Of a DNA stretch of 64,000 bases, positions 1 through 15,008 are shown piece by piece. How positions within the stretch are numbered: the first letter of the stretch is position 1; every line of letters begins with the position of its first letter. The stretch is from Lama guanicoe (lineage: Eukaryota), in contig MU053482.1 in assembly GCA_013239625.1 (NCBI GenBank), positions 2,333,168 through 2,397,167 of the forward strand, in the 5' to 3' direction. The position numbers and the translations under genes were made by a program. The notes beneath the pieces were generated by a model that was not told where the DNA came from, ran no database searches, and saw only the letters and a program-made list of their open reading frames with translations.

Positions 1-385
1 AACACAGATGGACCTAGAGATGATCATACCAGGTGAAGTATGTCACACAAGGACAAATATGATATTACTTACATGTGGAATCTTAAAAAATGATGAAAAT
101 GAACTTATTTACAAAACAGAAACAGACTCGTAGACATAGAAAACAAACTGATGATTACCAAAGGGGAAAGGTGGGGAGGGATAAATTAGGAGCAGATACA
201 AACTACTATATATAAAATAGATAAAACAGCAAGGTCCTACTGTATAGCACAGGGAACTATATTCAATAGCTTATAATAATCTATAAGGAAAAAGAATATA
301 TATATGTGTTAACTGAATCACTATGCTATATACCAGAAACTAACACAGCATTGTAAATCAACCATACTTCAATTTAAAACAAAAT
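1..385 (+). mobile_element. LINE-1 3' end (artiodactyl-type 3'UTR), cut by window edge
   Basis: Recognisable L1 3' motifs (gatggacctagag..., ctactgtatagcacagggaactatattcaa, cattgtaaatcaaccatacttcaattt) ending in an A-rich tail; subfamily not verified. Confidence 0.85.
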
Positions 386-2033
386 CAACTCTGCAGGCTG
401 CGCTATGTAACGAAGGGAGCAGCTTCTAAGCACCAGGATTCAAGTGCAATAAAGTGTATTACAGTTCTTGTGGAAAAACCTATCTTATAATGCAATAATG
501 AAGAGAATCGAGTATGGCTACTAAAAAGACAAATGACTCTGGGACCAGAAAGGGCAGTTAAGGGATGGGGGACTGGGGATGAGGGGTGGGGAATTCTGAG
601 TGGTGGGGAGGGTTATAATCAGTCATGGTGAAACAGGCTGGAAAAGGAGTAAATGCCAGGAAAAGCTCTTCTGAATAGGGGTGGAGTGGGGAGATGAGAT
701 AAGTGCTAAAGATCCAATTAAAAATCAAAACAGAGGAACAGGAAGTAAAAGATTCCAAATTACTAACTAAATGGCTTAAAATAACTAACATAAAATGAAA
801 ATCTCTGGATTACAAACTAGCCAAGATTCTGTCAAAAAAATAAATAAATAAAAAAGTTGCTGAGATAAAAAGAGTTAGGAAATCCCCAAGCCAGGAATTC
901 TAGTCGCTAAGAGATGAAGGACGTGTATGGCAGAAAGCACAAAATGATGGCACAGTGGGTACGGAGCCCCTATGACTACATTTCTGAGAACATCAGAGCC
1001 TTATTTCTGCTGAGAGCTAACAAGCCAGAACTGATACAAGGGGTGCCAGGAAGTGTCATCAAAGCCACATCAAATCCCACACAAGAATTCTTTGGATATG
1101 GTTCAACCTGACAGAAAATTTTAATATCTTAAGCTTTGACCCAGATGAAAGCTGAGTAATTTGTATATGCTACAGGTAATTAAAAGTTTCTAGGTTTTAA
1201 AAAGACTTTGCATAATTCATAGAGAAAGAGCCTAGTGTCTTTGGAGACACACTGATGAGAAGCTTGTTCTATTGAACCAAAAAGTTCACCCATCAATGTA
1301 GCATTTAAATATGATTATCTTTTATTCAAAGGATAAAATTTAACCATCCTATCACAATACAGGAACGATAGAATGAAAAATGCAGTAATGAAGAGGATCG
1401 AGATAGGAAGCCTAGTGGAAGCTGGATATGTTTATAGAAATTGAGTACAAGTCTTTTTTAAAAGAAAGCAACACAGACTGTAAACGCTGGGGCTCCAAAG
1501 CCAGATACACACACAGCTAACAAATGCACCTATCTTTTAGGGGAAATCTCAGGTTTCTGTCTTAGAGCTCTTCTGGGAAATAAGTGATGAGGTCTTAAAA
1601 GATAAAATCCCAAGAGATTCTGGATGCTCTACTGAGCATCAAAGCTTCAACTTTCAGAGACATTCAAAATACCTGGCATGTAAAAAACAAAGCTACAACT
1701 GCACATATAATTGAACTATGGAATGTTAGGGCTGGAGTAACCTTAGAAACTCTTTATTCCAATCCCTTATAAATTGTTGCAGGGCTAGTTGCAGACCAGA
1801 GGTCAAAACCTGGGTCTCCTGACTTTCAAACCAAAAAACTCTTTCCATTCCTCCAGATGATTTAATCATCAGCAAAACTGAGTCTTTCAACGTATGTGCA
1901 TGTTTGATAGTTTAATATAATGGAATAATCAGATAATTGAAAAAAAATCATCATTTATCACCCGTGCCCAGGGATTTTCTTAAAAACCATTTTTATTCTC
2001 CCCCATGCGCCACTCTGGAGAAGAGTCTCTTAC

Positions 2034-2092
2034 CTGAATTTTGTTGCTGAAGTGATGTATTTTGGGCTGAGTTGGACTTAACCGGATTTATA
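2034..2092 (-). promoter_or_regulatory. ASCL3: Probable TATA promoter plus short non-coding first exon of ASCL3 (coding exon would lie left of the window)
   Basis: Minus strand TATAAA at 2092-2087 and a consensus donor CAG|GTAAGA with exon end at 2034; ASCL3 is the next minus-strand gene downstream of TMEM9B in human (from memory). Identity is inferred from synteny only. Confidence 0.55.
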
Positions 2093-2449
2093 GGTGATCA
2101 TTTTTGTAACAACATGCAAAATAGCTTACAGTTAAACAGAACTGCTCAGTCTGGTTTAGCTGTTTTTTTCTACCTAATATGTAGATATGACAACATACTA
2201 TAACACTAAATAGAAAGGTTTGCTTACAAAATTGGACTCTTGTAAAAAAATTCTTTTGTAAAAGACTCCATTCCCCGTTATACAATTTTAAATAAAAATT
2301 GTTTATGGAAGATATCTTTGAGTAATAATCTCATAATGTGCAAATATTGGTCGATATTCTTTTAAATAGAGATTAAGGCCATAACCAGGAAGCTCAACAT
2401 GAGCCTACATTTTATTATATACCTATTAAAATTATCTTCCTTCTAAATA

Positions 2450-3000
2450 GACTTTTTTAGAGCAATTTTATATGCACAACAGAATTGAGCAGAAAGCAGA
2501 GTTCCCACATAACCCCTGCTCCTACATACACACATCCTCCTCACTAGCAACATGCCAGCCCGACTGACACATTTGTTACAACGGATAAACCAATATGGAC
2601 CCATCATTATCACTCAGAGCCCACAGTTCAGAGATCACTCTTGTGTTGTACATTCAACGCGTTTTAACAAATGTTTAACGACACATCCACCAACGTCACA
2701 TCGAACAGTTTCACTGCCCTAAGCGGCCTCTGTGCTCCACCTATCCCTCTCTCCCTTCCCCTACACTGACAACTACTGTTGTTTTTTGTTTTTTTTAACT
2801 GCCTCCATAGTTTTGTCTTTCTCTATTCCTAGTTTATGGAGAGTTTTTGTCATGAATGGCTGTTGGATTTTGTCAAATGCTTTTTCTGCATCTATTTGTA
2901 AGATCATGTCATTTCTCTTCTTTAGCCTGCTGATGTGATGGATTTCATTAATTAATTTTCAAACATTCAAGCCTTGCATACCTGGAATAAATTCCACTTG
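2450..3000 (-). mobile_element. Old LINE-1 fragments (3'UTR piece plus ORF2 piece), antisense
   Basis: L1M-like motifs, e.g. tgttggattttgtcaaatgctttttctgcatctatt (antisense ORF2). Confidence 0.75.
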
Positions 3001-3084
3001 CTTGAAGTTGAATTTCCATCTTTTAATACTAACAATAGAATCAATAATTTTAGGTTAGATTTTGGTTTTAAAAAGATTGTTTTA

Positions 3085-3182
3085 GGTGGTAGAGCACAGC
3101 TTAGCATACATGAGGTCCTGGGTTCAATCCCCAGTACCTCCTCTAAAAAAAAAAAATAATAAAATAAAAATAAAAAAAAAAA

Positions 3183-3229
<47 letters not shown>

Positions 3230-3301
3230 AATAAAATAAAATAAATAAATAAAATAAACAAATTACCCCTCATAGGATAAAATAAAATACATGAAAAAAA
3301 T
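3085..3301 (+). mobile_element. tRNA-derived SINE (camelid vic-1-like), 5'-truncated, with long (AAAT)n tail
   Basis: B-box ggttcaatccc in gtggtagagcac..ttagcatacatgaggtcctgggttcaatccccagtacctcc; TSD aaaaagattg at 3070-3079 and 3302-3311; same family at 61281 and 63821. Confidence 0.8.
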
Positions 3302-3684
3302 AAAAAGATTGATTTTCACTAACCAGAAAATCCATTAACAGCTCCTAAAATCTCATCCTTATGAATTTAATGTAATTTAGTTCTAACACAATTTTTGCCA
3401 AGAATTTCTTAGAACAAGCATTCCTTCATTCATTTTAAGTTTCTCCATTTATCAAAAAGATACTTGTATACTTACAGAAACCCATCTAAGTACCCATACA
3501 TTCTCTCTCTCTCCCTCTCTCTCTTCACACACACACACAGATAATTTAGTACCAGTGTTTTATGAATAGACTAGTATAAAACAATAGTCTTACAACAGGG
3601 TACAAATTGTCTTTGCATCTTCAAGTTCACCACACAGCAAAAGAGAGAGGAGAGAAAAGTTAGGAGACATAGATACACTGGCAG

Positions 3685-4741
3685 GTGTTTCAAAAATTAT
3701 TTTTATTGTTATAATTCAAAGAGGACATAGGAAGAAAAAAAGCCAGTTATCCAATAACTGTTATACCTTTCAGAGGCAGGCAACCAGAACTCCAGTCCTA
3801 GTTCAAAGCTATACACACTAGAGCTCCAACGGCTGCCTCTCAACCTGACTGGAGATGCTGACAAACATGTGTATGTCATCAATCCAGGGGGCTTGGGTTT
3901 AAAAGAAAATTTCTTTATTGCAACTGTCCAAGTCCTTAGGATTCATCCTTAAATATACTAGAAGACAAGAAAGACCACACACCAAGATTGTGTTTAGTCA
4001 TTAGTGTAAACTAGCGAATGGCCAGTTTGTCCTAGGATGCATTGCATCAGACATCACAGTACATGAAGAAAATCTGCATTTTGTGAAGGGCCACCAGGCA
4101 TTTGGGATTCAATTGACCATGAAGTACAGCCACAGACCAACCAGATATCTAGATAATATAGTCAGTGCAAAATTCAAATAGGTAAGTCAGGGCTTTGATG
4201 AGGCTGGCTATGCTGCAAAATATAAATGAAACTTGAAAATAAAAGGCAGAGTCTATTTACAAAAGTATGTGTAGTAAAGTGGCTTGAGAAAAGTTACGTT
4301 AAGCACTTCCCACACATCCCTCCCCTCCCCTGCCAAACAAAAACAAAAACAAAAACAAAAACAAAAACACCACACAAAAACCCCACCTGAAAATTATCTT
4401 GAAAACCAAGTTAAAACTATGTGGTAAAAAAAAAAAAAAAAGAATGCTTTTTCCAGGTAAAGGACTTCAAGATAATTTACAGGCAGACTTATTTTTATTA
4501 GTAAAAGTCATAATATGAAAGGTTTGTTGGCTGACTTTAAGGTGTGTGCTTTTACAAATGTCTCCACTAATGTGTTAACGAGAAAAGAAAATACCAAGCA
4601 TCTTTCTGTTTCTAGTTTTGAATTTTCCATCAAAAGTTGGTGAAATCAACAGGGCAATAAAACAAAATCCAGGAAAACACAGTCAGTTTTTCCCCATTGT
4701 CTGCCTCATTTCTTTCTAGTCACCTTGAATTCGATTCCCAA
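3685..4741 (-). other. TMEM9B: TMEM9B 3'UTR with AATAAA signals at 4499-4494, 3919-3914 and 3707-3702
   Basis: Follows TAA stop; tttatt hexamers read on + strand; exact cleavage site inferred. Confidence 0.7.
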
Positions 4742-4897
<156 letters not shown>

Positions 4898-7464
4898 CTA
4901 AAAGTCCAGGATGGAGAACATCAGACGGCATGACCAGTGGAAAACACACACACACACCCCAGCAGTTATCAAGCCATGGAGGAGCAGCTGGACTTTTCAA
5001 ACAACAGACTGTCCAATTTGGCCAAGCACTCTTACGCACTCAATTGCCAGAAGCAGGATGAATTCAACTACAGAAACAGGTGGTTCAAGTAAAATAAGCA
5101 ATGAGGAGGTATTTGTGCTTATGTTCCCATGAGTCACCATTTCCAAAGACATTTCTCTTAAGAAATAGGGATCAAGACAAAGACACTGATCATTTATGTT
5201 AAAGAGAAGCCCTCCTTGAAGAGTAGGAGAAAGAAAATCTGTCTTCATGTTAATTATCTACATGTTACAGATACGGAAAGTAGGTTTTACTTTTCTTTAT
5301 TCAATACTATATAGCTAATCTGTGGCTGAGGAAAGACCTGTCTTTTAATTTCCTGACTCCCATTATCTTAGAATTGTTTCTTGCCAGCTTGGAGCCACGT
5401 TCATCCTGGGAGATGAGATGACAGGATCCTATCTTGGTTGGTTTTAATCTCTCCTCATGCCGTCAACACATACAGTCAGAGCGTTCTCATTTCCCCCTTC
5501 CCCAATCTGTGATAAAAGAGACACAGCTCAAGTGCTACAATTATCCTCTACTACCAAGGACAGCAAGGAATTATTACTTCAGTGTTTCTATTTGATAAAG
5601 ACTTCAGTCTTTCACTGCTGAACTCACGGTGGCTTCCATGTTAGTTGCTGCCTTGGGAAAAAGGCTATTGAAGGGTTACCCAGGTATCTGTGCAGAAAAC
5701 CAACCTATCCTGGTCAAAGTAAACCAATACCACTGATGTTTGTAGTCATTACACAGGAAACCACTATGCTAATCTATCCATGAATGAGCTATAAACACAG
5801 CTGCCTAAATGACAAAAGGCATTCAATACTAATTTATTGCTTTTGTTTGCCTTTTCCTTGATCTCTTTGTCCTGAACCCTGTGTTAGCAAAGCTTCTAAA
5901 TGTTCCAACATAGGATACAAGTCACAAGTCAGACCTCTTAAACTGAACTTTGCCTCTTGGAAAGAAACAATATTGTTTTCCTCCGCATGTTGGCAAAAGC
6001 TCTATTATATACCCAGGGCAGGAGTCAGCATGTCTATGGAAAGCTATACATAACTGCGTAACTATAACTAGACAGTGTTATAACACCTGGTCTCCTTTTT
6101 ATAGCAAGACATTTATACAATGTTGACATTTCAAAGACATCAAAGAGTATTCTATAAAGGATCTTTCCCTGCCTTCTTTACCAACATTTCTTCAACTTCA
6201 CTTAATTTAGGTAACATCTTGTGCAAACTCCACTCATTTTTTTTAAACTTACAAATGAAAATAATAAAAGAGATTACATAAAGTTAAAAATGTTTCAAAG
6301 ATGTAAGAAAGAAAGTGAGGAAAGAGGAAGGCGGCTAATGTTGGTGGTTTACTTTACTTCCCATCAGGAAATAAACCGACTCAAGGTCATCTAACAAGAC
6401 TTAGCTCCCCTAACCTTGTCTTGGTGTCATATCTTCTCAACATACTGATTTTGTTCAGGTAGATTAAAATGACACTATACGAATATGGCGTTTCAATGAA
6501 TGTGTATATAAAACATTATTACCATTGGTTTGTTTTGACATCAACAAAACTGGGAAGGATGTACTCTATCAGCAGAGTGCTTCTCAATTTCATAGTCCTG
6601 TTATTTACTATTCAAAGTAGGGGGAGAAACTTCTTAAGGAACAAGTTGAAAGGACTAAATAAATCAGTTAGTCCTTTTAGGTCTACTCTCCATCTATCAG
6701 AATAAGACTGAACTAGCTGCCCATGGTCATGGATGCTGGGAGAATGCAAATAGAGATTTACCCTTTATATATGTTTATTCTTTTTACACCTGATAAAATT
6801 ACAATAAATACAAAACATGTTTTAATGTAATGCTTTGATAACAGCAATGATGTGTCATGGATATATGATACAGTAAATATTGTGACTACTTGCAGCGAGC
6901 TTCTTAACTATTTGTGCTAATTCTCACTGGACTTAAAATGCTCTACACCAAACAAAAATGGAAAAAATGAAAACAGAATTTAACGAAGAACTTAACAAAA
7001 GCATTTTTAAAAATACATAAAGAGTGAAGAACTCTCATCTTGGATTAGCAACTATAGAAATGTAAATTTAACTTCTGTTTGTATGGAGTTGTTACCATAA
7101 ATTCATAGCTCTGGTCAGAAAACCTCTCTGCCCAGATTCAATTTAACAGATATCCAAAAGTCAGCCAGGCCTTTCAAAGACAATGTTGTCATATGGTTGA
7201 CATGCACACAGAATTAATCACAGGTGAACAAAATGGTTACTAAGCATGTGACCCTACCAATCAAGTGCCTTGCCTACATGTTTTCATCTACACATTCGGC
7301 CATCCTTTTCTTTTATGTTCTGTGAATTACGTTAACAGTGTCTATTCCTAAAATAAGGAACCGCATTTTTAATTCTGTAAGGGATATGGTTTAAGTCAGG
7401 CTGTCTATCTATGTGCCTGTAATGAAGTGGTTTGTGTGGCCTTCGGTACATAACATTTTCATAA

Positions 7465-7651
7465 CAGTAGTTCTCAACTGTCCCCCACCCCCCGGGACAT
7501 TTGGCAATGTCTGTGGACATTTGTGATTGTCATGATGGGATGAGGGGTGATACTGGCATCTAGTGGGTAGAAGTCAGGGATGCTACTAGATATTACACAG
7601 TGAATAGGACAGTCCCCCACAGTAAAGAATTATCTGACCCAAAATGTCAAT
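7465..7651 (+). mobile_element. MER20-like hAT-Charlie DNA transposon relic
   Basis: cagtagttctcaac...gggacatttggcaatgtctg...tactggcatctagtgggtaga...gaattatctgacccaaaatgtcaat. Confidence 0.85.
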
Positions 7652-9095
7652 GGGAAATGTCATATGTGAATGAAAATTAACATGGGAACGGTGTTTGACG
7701 CTCTAATGCTTCCAGTGCACAACCTTCTAGTTTTCTCACCCCACTAGCCCCACTATGCCTAGTCTTTGACCACATCAGACCTCCAGTTTTGAACCTTCTC
7801 CCAACTCATTGGTTCTCTCTTAGAATTCTTTAAAATTAAATAGGCATTTCTTATATGATTAAAAATAAAAGGTGGAATCACATTATATCGGTCATTTCTT
7901 TTACAGGTCTGTTTCTGTTTCCTTCGCCTCCTTATTCTTGGTACCCAGCACACTACCTGATATGGAAAAGTTACTCTCTGTTGGTTGAATTAATAAAGGA
8001 AGCAAGGGGAAAAGAGGCAAACAGAGGTGTTTCTATGAAAGTTCTTGACAGAACAAAAATGAAATCTTGCCCAAATAAGTTGAGGGTTCATAAGTGATAT
8101 TCATGAGACAAGCAGGCTCTGTTTGTAGTTATAACTTAAGCTGTCTAGTCAGGGTTCCTCTCTCATCTCTTACCTATGGGTCCACAAGCCACTCCTGAGT
8201 AAAAGGCCTTCTGAGTGCGGTTGGCAAGGGTTCATGCTGGCTCTGGACTTTGGAATTGATTCCTGAAACTCTACTAAATTTTATTCACTTCAAGGAACAT
8301 AGTCCAATAACATAATCCAAAATAAAAAGTAATTTCTAAAACAAAATTATATATAATAATAATAAAATAGTGGAAAATTCAGAAACAAACCCAAATAGGA
8401 TAATGACAAAACAAACAATATAAGCCATACTGAATAACAAATTTGTGGACTATGTTGATTTTTGGACATTTTTGAATGAAGTAATGTCAACATGAAAAGA
8501 GACCACAAAACAATTTACACACTGATTATACCAACTATATGTACAAATATGAGTTTTAAAGATAGGAAGAGAATCAGGAGTGATGGTTTCATTTTTCCCT
8601 AGAGTTAAAGATCATAGACTTTTTTTTAAAGAAGGAGGAAAACAGGAAATATAAAACACCAGCAGGTTATCAAGCTGTACTTCATTAAGTAAAGCATATC
8701 ATAGTCTTTATGCTTCACTCACTAAAGCCTCTTTATCTTTTAAAATATTTGGTGATGCTGACAGGTAAGGTGTTCAGGCAGGAGCTTGGGGAGAAAACCA
8801 TCTTAGTTGCTTTTCTCAATGTGAACAGGAAAAGGCAATGTAAGTTGTACCCCTGGAACTGAAAGGCAAAGCCTTGTACAGCACACTCACCAAGGATCAC
8901 TGGTTTATACCACCATATTTACAGCTTTACAGAGCAATTTCCTCATAACAAGACATACACTAATATTAGAACTGTCTTTAGCTTTTCTGGTTGAGGACCT
9001 GCTCCAGCACGTGAACATCTACCTGGGACCATCCTTCACTTGCACTGTACATCAGATGATGACAGAGACAGGCTGCGCACAGCCAGGGCATGCTA

Positions 9096-9239
<144 letters not shown>

Positions 9240-9721
9240 CTACAGGAAATTGAAGATAAGTTGCATCTCTGTTCAAGCCAAGGAATCAGAATTTTGTATA
9301 ATACTGTGAAAACCATAGTGAAGACTGCTCTATCTGTTAAGCATACAGGGTTTTTATACAAACCAGATTCCAACATAAGAAACAAACTCAACTCTTCACC
9401 AAAGTATTACTTATAGAAAAAGAGTAAAGAAAGCATTTTGTCTTTGGGATCTTTTCACAAGTCCTCAAAATTTCATCTTCACCTACTGCTAATCATTTTT
9501 CATCACTGCTAGCACAGCAGTTTTCTTTTTTCACCTGAAAACAGTGTCCTGGATTCAACAGCACTGCTGTCAGACCACTTACAGGAACCCTAACAGAAAA
9601 TGTAATTCAGATGAATTTTAACAGGACACTGTTTTAGATCAATTTAGACATACAAAAATACATTTTTAGGCAAATGATTTTCTTGAGATCTTATTCATGT
9701 GGTATCAAGCAGTAGAGTGTG

Positions 9722-10405
9722 ACACCTCCCACTAGAATGGCTACAATTAAAGACAGACAATACCAAACGTTAGTGAGGATGTAGAGAAACTGAACCTTCA
9801 TACAGTGCTGGTGAGACTGTAAAATGGTATAACTACTTTAGAAAACAATCTGGGAGTCACTTAAAAAGTTAAACATAAACTTACCTCTCTAAGGAATCTA
9901 CCCAAGAGAAAGGAAAACATATATCCACGCAAAGATATGTACACAGATATTCGTGACAGCATTATTCATAAAAGTAAAAATCTGGAAATAATCCAAGTAC
10001 CTATCAACAGATGAATGAATAAACGAAATGTGGTATATTCCTATAATAGAATGCTATTCAGTAATAAAAAGGAATGAAGTACTGACACATGCTACAACAT
10101 GGATAAACCTCAAAAACATGCTGTGGAAAGAAACCAGTCACAGAAGACCACATATTGTGATTCCATTTATATGAAATGTCCAGATCTGTAGAGACACAAA
10201 GCAGAATAGTGACTATCTAGGGCTGGAGGTGGGAATGGGATTAACTGTAATGGGCAGGAGGGATCTTTCTGGGGTGACTGGAATGTTCTAAAACTGGATT
10301 TTTAAAAATTGTTTTAAATTTTCTAAAATTTATAAAATTGTACACTTATAATGAGTCACATTTGGGGTATGTAAATTATACATAAAATTTTTGTTAAAAA
10401 ATTAA
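9722..10405 (+). mobile_element. L1MB/ME-type LINE-1 ORF2 end and 3'UTR
   Basis: cccactagaatggct..., gaggatgtagagaaactgaac, catgctacaacatggataaacctc, ttccatttatatgaaatgtccag. Confidence 0.85.
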
Positions 10406-10880
10406 AAAGTAATATAATGATTTCTCTACAGGACAGCACTCTGCTGGAGCAAGAACTCTCCCACAGGGTCAGTCACAACAGGAATCTTTGTAATTGGACC
10501 ATCCCAGATTCCCCAAGGCCTTTTTTGGGGAGAAGGATGGGAAGCTTCATATTAAAAAAAATTGGGGAGAAGAACTGTTAGCCACTGTAAGTAAAGTAAC
10601 TGAACTCATTAGAAGTCCAAATTGTCATGAGAGTGGATCTACGTTCCATTTCCTATAAGAGACAAAGACAGGAAATCTTAAAATCCAGAAGTGATGTTTC
10701 TAGAGTGGTCCCTATACATATCGTTTTTTATAAGGAGTGAGAGGGCAGGAAGAGGAGGATCTAACAATACTGCTTTCTCACTACTCTTCGGCATATGTGA
10801 CCCACAGAGAACGTGGAATATCTTTCTGGAAAAAGCTAATTTCACACAGGGCTTGTTTTGTGCCATTTCACGTCTATCTA

Positions 10881-11270
<390 letters not shown>

Positions 11271-12226
11271 TCACACTAATCAACCCATTCCTGAAACCCA
11301 GAATAATCATTGAACTTACCCAACGAAAGAATATAAGGAGCAAATAATCAGTAAGGGAAGTGAAATCAATTCCTCTCTCGATATTAGCAATTTGGTTAAG
11401 ATTTAACAGTCTAAGAAACTATAAAGACACACATGTCGCAGCTATTTTTTCAAAAGTGCTATTTATGGTTAAAAAATGCACCTGAAAAAATCCCAAATGG
11501 GATTGAAAACTACTTAGTAGATCAGGTCATATTTAGACATTTTATTTATCAAGTAAAACTGCTTTAAATAATTTAAAGTGACCTGGAGCATTGTTCAAAT
11601 ATGAGATTACCTCTTTTATGAATTAACTAACATCATCTTAACTGCCAAAGTGTGGTATATGAAGGGCTAATTATACCTAACAGTTGGTAAATTATGAAAT
11701 GCTGAAAACTGAACACCAGAGCAAGAAACAATTCCTTTTCTTAATGAGCAAAAGTCTTTAAAAAGCATGGAGAAGTAGGATTAGGACAACAAAAATATTT
11801 TAAAATGAAAACTGATTACCTGGAAACAATATATAAAAATAATAGAAGGCTAAATGTTTTTGTTGTTGGATTTTGTTTATTTTCCCCCCATTTTCCAGGC
11901 CACTTATTTATAGGTTATGAAAAACCAAATCTATCCAAAAATCTTTTCCCACAAATCTGTCAATTCTAGGGAATAATTAAATTCTCATTCTCCCGAGCTA
12001 TTAAGAGCCTATGACTCTAATCACCTTCAGAAAAGAAGGCAAATCTTTTCCTGTCCTTCTGCCAGCTGCTGGGCAATTTTCTTCCCTTTCGTAATCTCTT
12101 CCAGGCATTTCTAGCTGCCTCAAGGACTCTACTATAGCCTTCTGTCTTACTCCAACTACTTTCTTGGGGGCGCCCGATGCTCCAGGCTGATTCTTTCCCT
12201 TTGCCCTATCAGAACATAGTTTTTCA

Positions 12227-12520
12227 CTCATAGACATAGAGTACAAACTTGTGGTTGCCAAGTGGGTGGGGGGTGAGAAGGGATAGACTGGGAGTTCAAA
12301 ATTTGTAGATACTGACAGACATATGCAGATTAGATAAACCAGATTATACTGTATAGCCCAGGGAAATATATACAAGATCTTGTGGTAGCTCACAGTGAAA
12401 AAAAATGTGACAATGAATATATGTATCTTCATGTATAACTGAAAAATTGTGCTCTACACTGGAATTTGACACAACATTGTAAAATGACTATAACTCAATA
12501 AAAAATGTTAAAAAAAAAAA
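12227..12520 (+). mobile_element. Young 5'-truncated LINE-1 with poly(A) and perfect 16-bp TSD
   Basis: agaacatagtttttca at 12211-12226 and 12521-12536; L1 3'UTR ending aataaaaaatgtt(a)n. Confidence 0.92.
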
Positions 12521-13208
12521 AGAACATAGTTTTTCATTTTCTGTTCCCTCTTAGCTATGACATAAGGAAGAAAACCCAAAATAGCATAAGTGATAAACAT
12601 TCAGTCAGTTTGCCTTAACAGATAATTTAATTTTAACAAAAGTAGTAATGAAAAAAAAAAAGTCTCGACTGGCAGAATTTCAATTAAGAATTCTCACAAC
12701 TCACACCATACAAGTGTGTGATATTTGTTCCAAACATATAGAAGACCAGGAGTGCATCCAGCTGGATGCTGGCATAAAATAGGCAGAGGAAGCAAAATCC
12801 CATTGCAGGGGCACCTATCTCAGAATCACAGCAGTCATCCAGCCCAGCACTCTCAGACAGGGTCACCTACACAAGGTCATAGAGTAAATTAGTAGCTAAA
12901 AGGGCCAGAATTCAGGGCTCCTGCCTCCTAGGACAGCTGCCCTTTATCTCTCTGAACCTCAGGAAAATGAAACTTCTCTCCTATTTAGTTTCCCATGTCA
13001 GCTTCAAAAGCCTTAGGAATAATACCTAAGAATTACTTGAGAATCTAAGTGTTGAGTATTCAGTGCTTCCTTTGAAGTACAAATACAGTTTAATAGCAAG
13101 GACTTTGAGCACTGTGCAGAGTGGGAGAGGAAGCAGGAAGGTTGGCTCTGGCCGGCCAGTCACTGTAAACACCAAACCCAGAACTCAAGCACTTTGGTAA
13201 CTAGGCAA

Positions 13209-13227
13209 CACCTCCCCCTAGTGGCAA
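13209..13227 (-). promoter_or_regulatory. CTCF motif in TMEM9B intron 2
   Basis: Minus strand TTGCCACTAGGGGGAGGTG, close to consensus CCACYAGRKGGCR; motif only. Confidence 0.6.
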
Positions 13228-14861
13228 AAGGAGGACATTATCAGCTCTAAATCATACCCTAAACATAAACTAGAGAACTCAAACTTTTCTAAAGTTAGAC
13301 AGCATAAGTCAATGAAGAATTAAAGCTAACAACTGGACACAATGGGGGCCAGAAGGTAAAAATACACCTAGGGTCAGACAGATACTGGACACCTCGTAAA
13401 GCCATAATTATCTCGATTAGTCATAACGCACCTACCCTTCTAAAGCCAGTTAAAAACTTGCAGGGGCATCTGTGAACCTATTCCCAATAAAAGGCTAAGC
13501 TGCAGGAAGGATGCAAGGGAGAGAGGGAAGAAGAGTCCCAAAAGAAGCCTTGATTTCAACTGTTTATTTTCAAAGCTCCCTATTTTCACCAGTAACCAAG
13601 AATAATTGATATACGGTTCTCTGTGAGCCTTGAATAAAAGTTAGTGAAAAGATTAGTGTTAAACACCTGAATAGTGAGTTCATTTGCCACCCTAAGTAAC
13701 AGACATCATATTGTATTACTGATAATACAACAAACTGATTCTAAGTGCTCAATATATTTGAGAAATTTATAGAAATAACTTATTTGAGCTTTCTTTTCAT
13801 ATAAAGTAACTTGCTGACAGAAAACCTGTAGGAAAAGCTAAATCACTTTGTAATACGAGACAATTTAAAGTGGAACACAGACACTCATAAGAAATTCTCA
13901 AGAACACACTTATCAAATACCAGACTGAGCCTAAATGCATATCATGGCAGGAGCAGACAATGGCATCAGAAAAGCTAAACATTTTCAAAGGCTGCCTTTT
14001 CTTTTTCAAAATGAGCTTGGAATACTGTAACCAAATGAATTTAATTCTGCTTCCAAACATTTGAGGCTATTTAGCTATGAAATCAGGCATACGTGAAAGT
14101 ACATAATATTTGGAGTTATTTTTCTTCTATGCCTATCCTGGCAATCTTCCATTATGAACCATAAAACACTCCAGTCCACGGGCAGGAGCCCATCCATCCT
14201 GCTACAAAACAACTGCTTCCCAATCATTTTATGGCACATGCAGAAAAAGCTATCATTTGTAAGGTCCACTGGGATAAACAGAGAAGGCTGCTTGTGGCGA
14301 GCCAGTCAGGATCCCAGTCGTCACAGGGCTGCCTGATGATGCCAAGGGCTGAAGGGATCAGTATCTTGGCACACCTATAACCTGCTCGTGGTGCACCAAT
14401 TGGTACACACTGATATTCATGGCTCAATCCCATTCCTTCTGGAGCCCTTTGAGACTTTTAAACATAGTCTCCTATATTTGGCAATATATCATCAAAACCT
14501 TCAAGCTGTAAAAATTATAACCCAGATAAATGAGGTTTGCTTACCTTCCACTGAGAAGCAAGAAGGAGGACCAAAATTTACGGGGACACAGGAAGGTAGG
14601 TATGGGAATTTCAGGTGCCACAAACTCAGCCCCATCCCCATGAAAAACCTTCCCTGCTTGGGGCTTGGTGTTTTGACATTTCTTTAGGCTTCTATCATGC
14701 ACTGAAGGCGTTATTCTTAATTTTTCAAATGGAAATAGAATTCAACACCTTTGCTTAAAAAGAAATACTACAGAAAACAATACATTGGATGAATATTATG
14801 GGCTAACAGTGACAACCAAAGAAAGAAATTTGACAGGTAATTCAGTTATCTAGAATACTTA

Positions 14862-15008
<147 letters not shown>

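Noticed and set aside
600..1700. Possible ancient CR1/L3 LINE remnant
   Set aside because: Only faint resemblance by eye; needs a Dfam search
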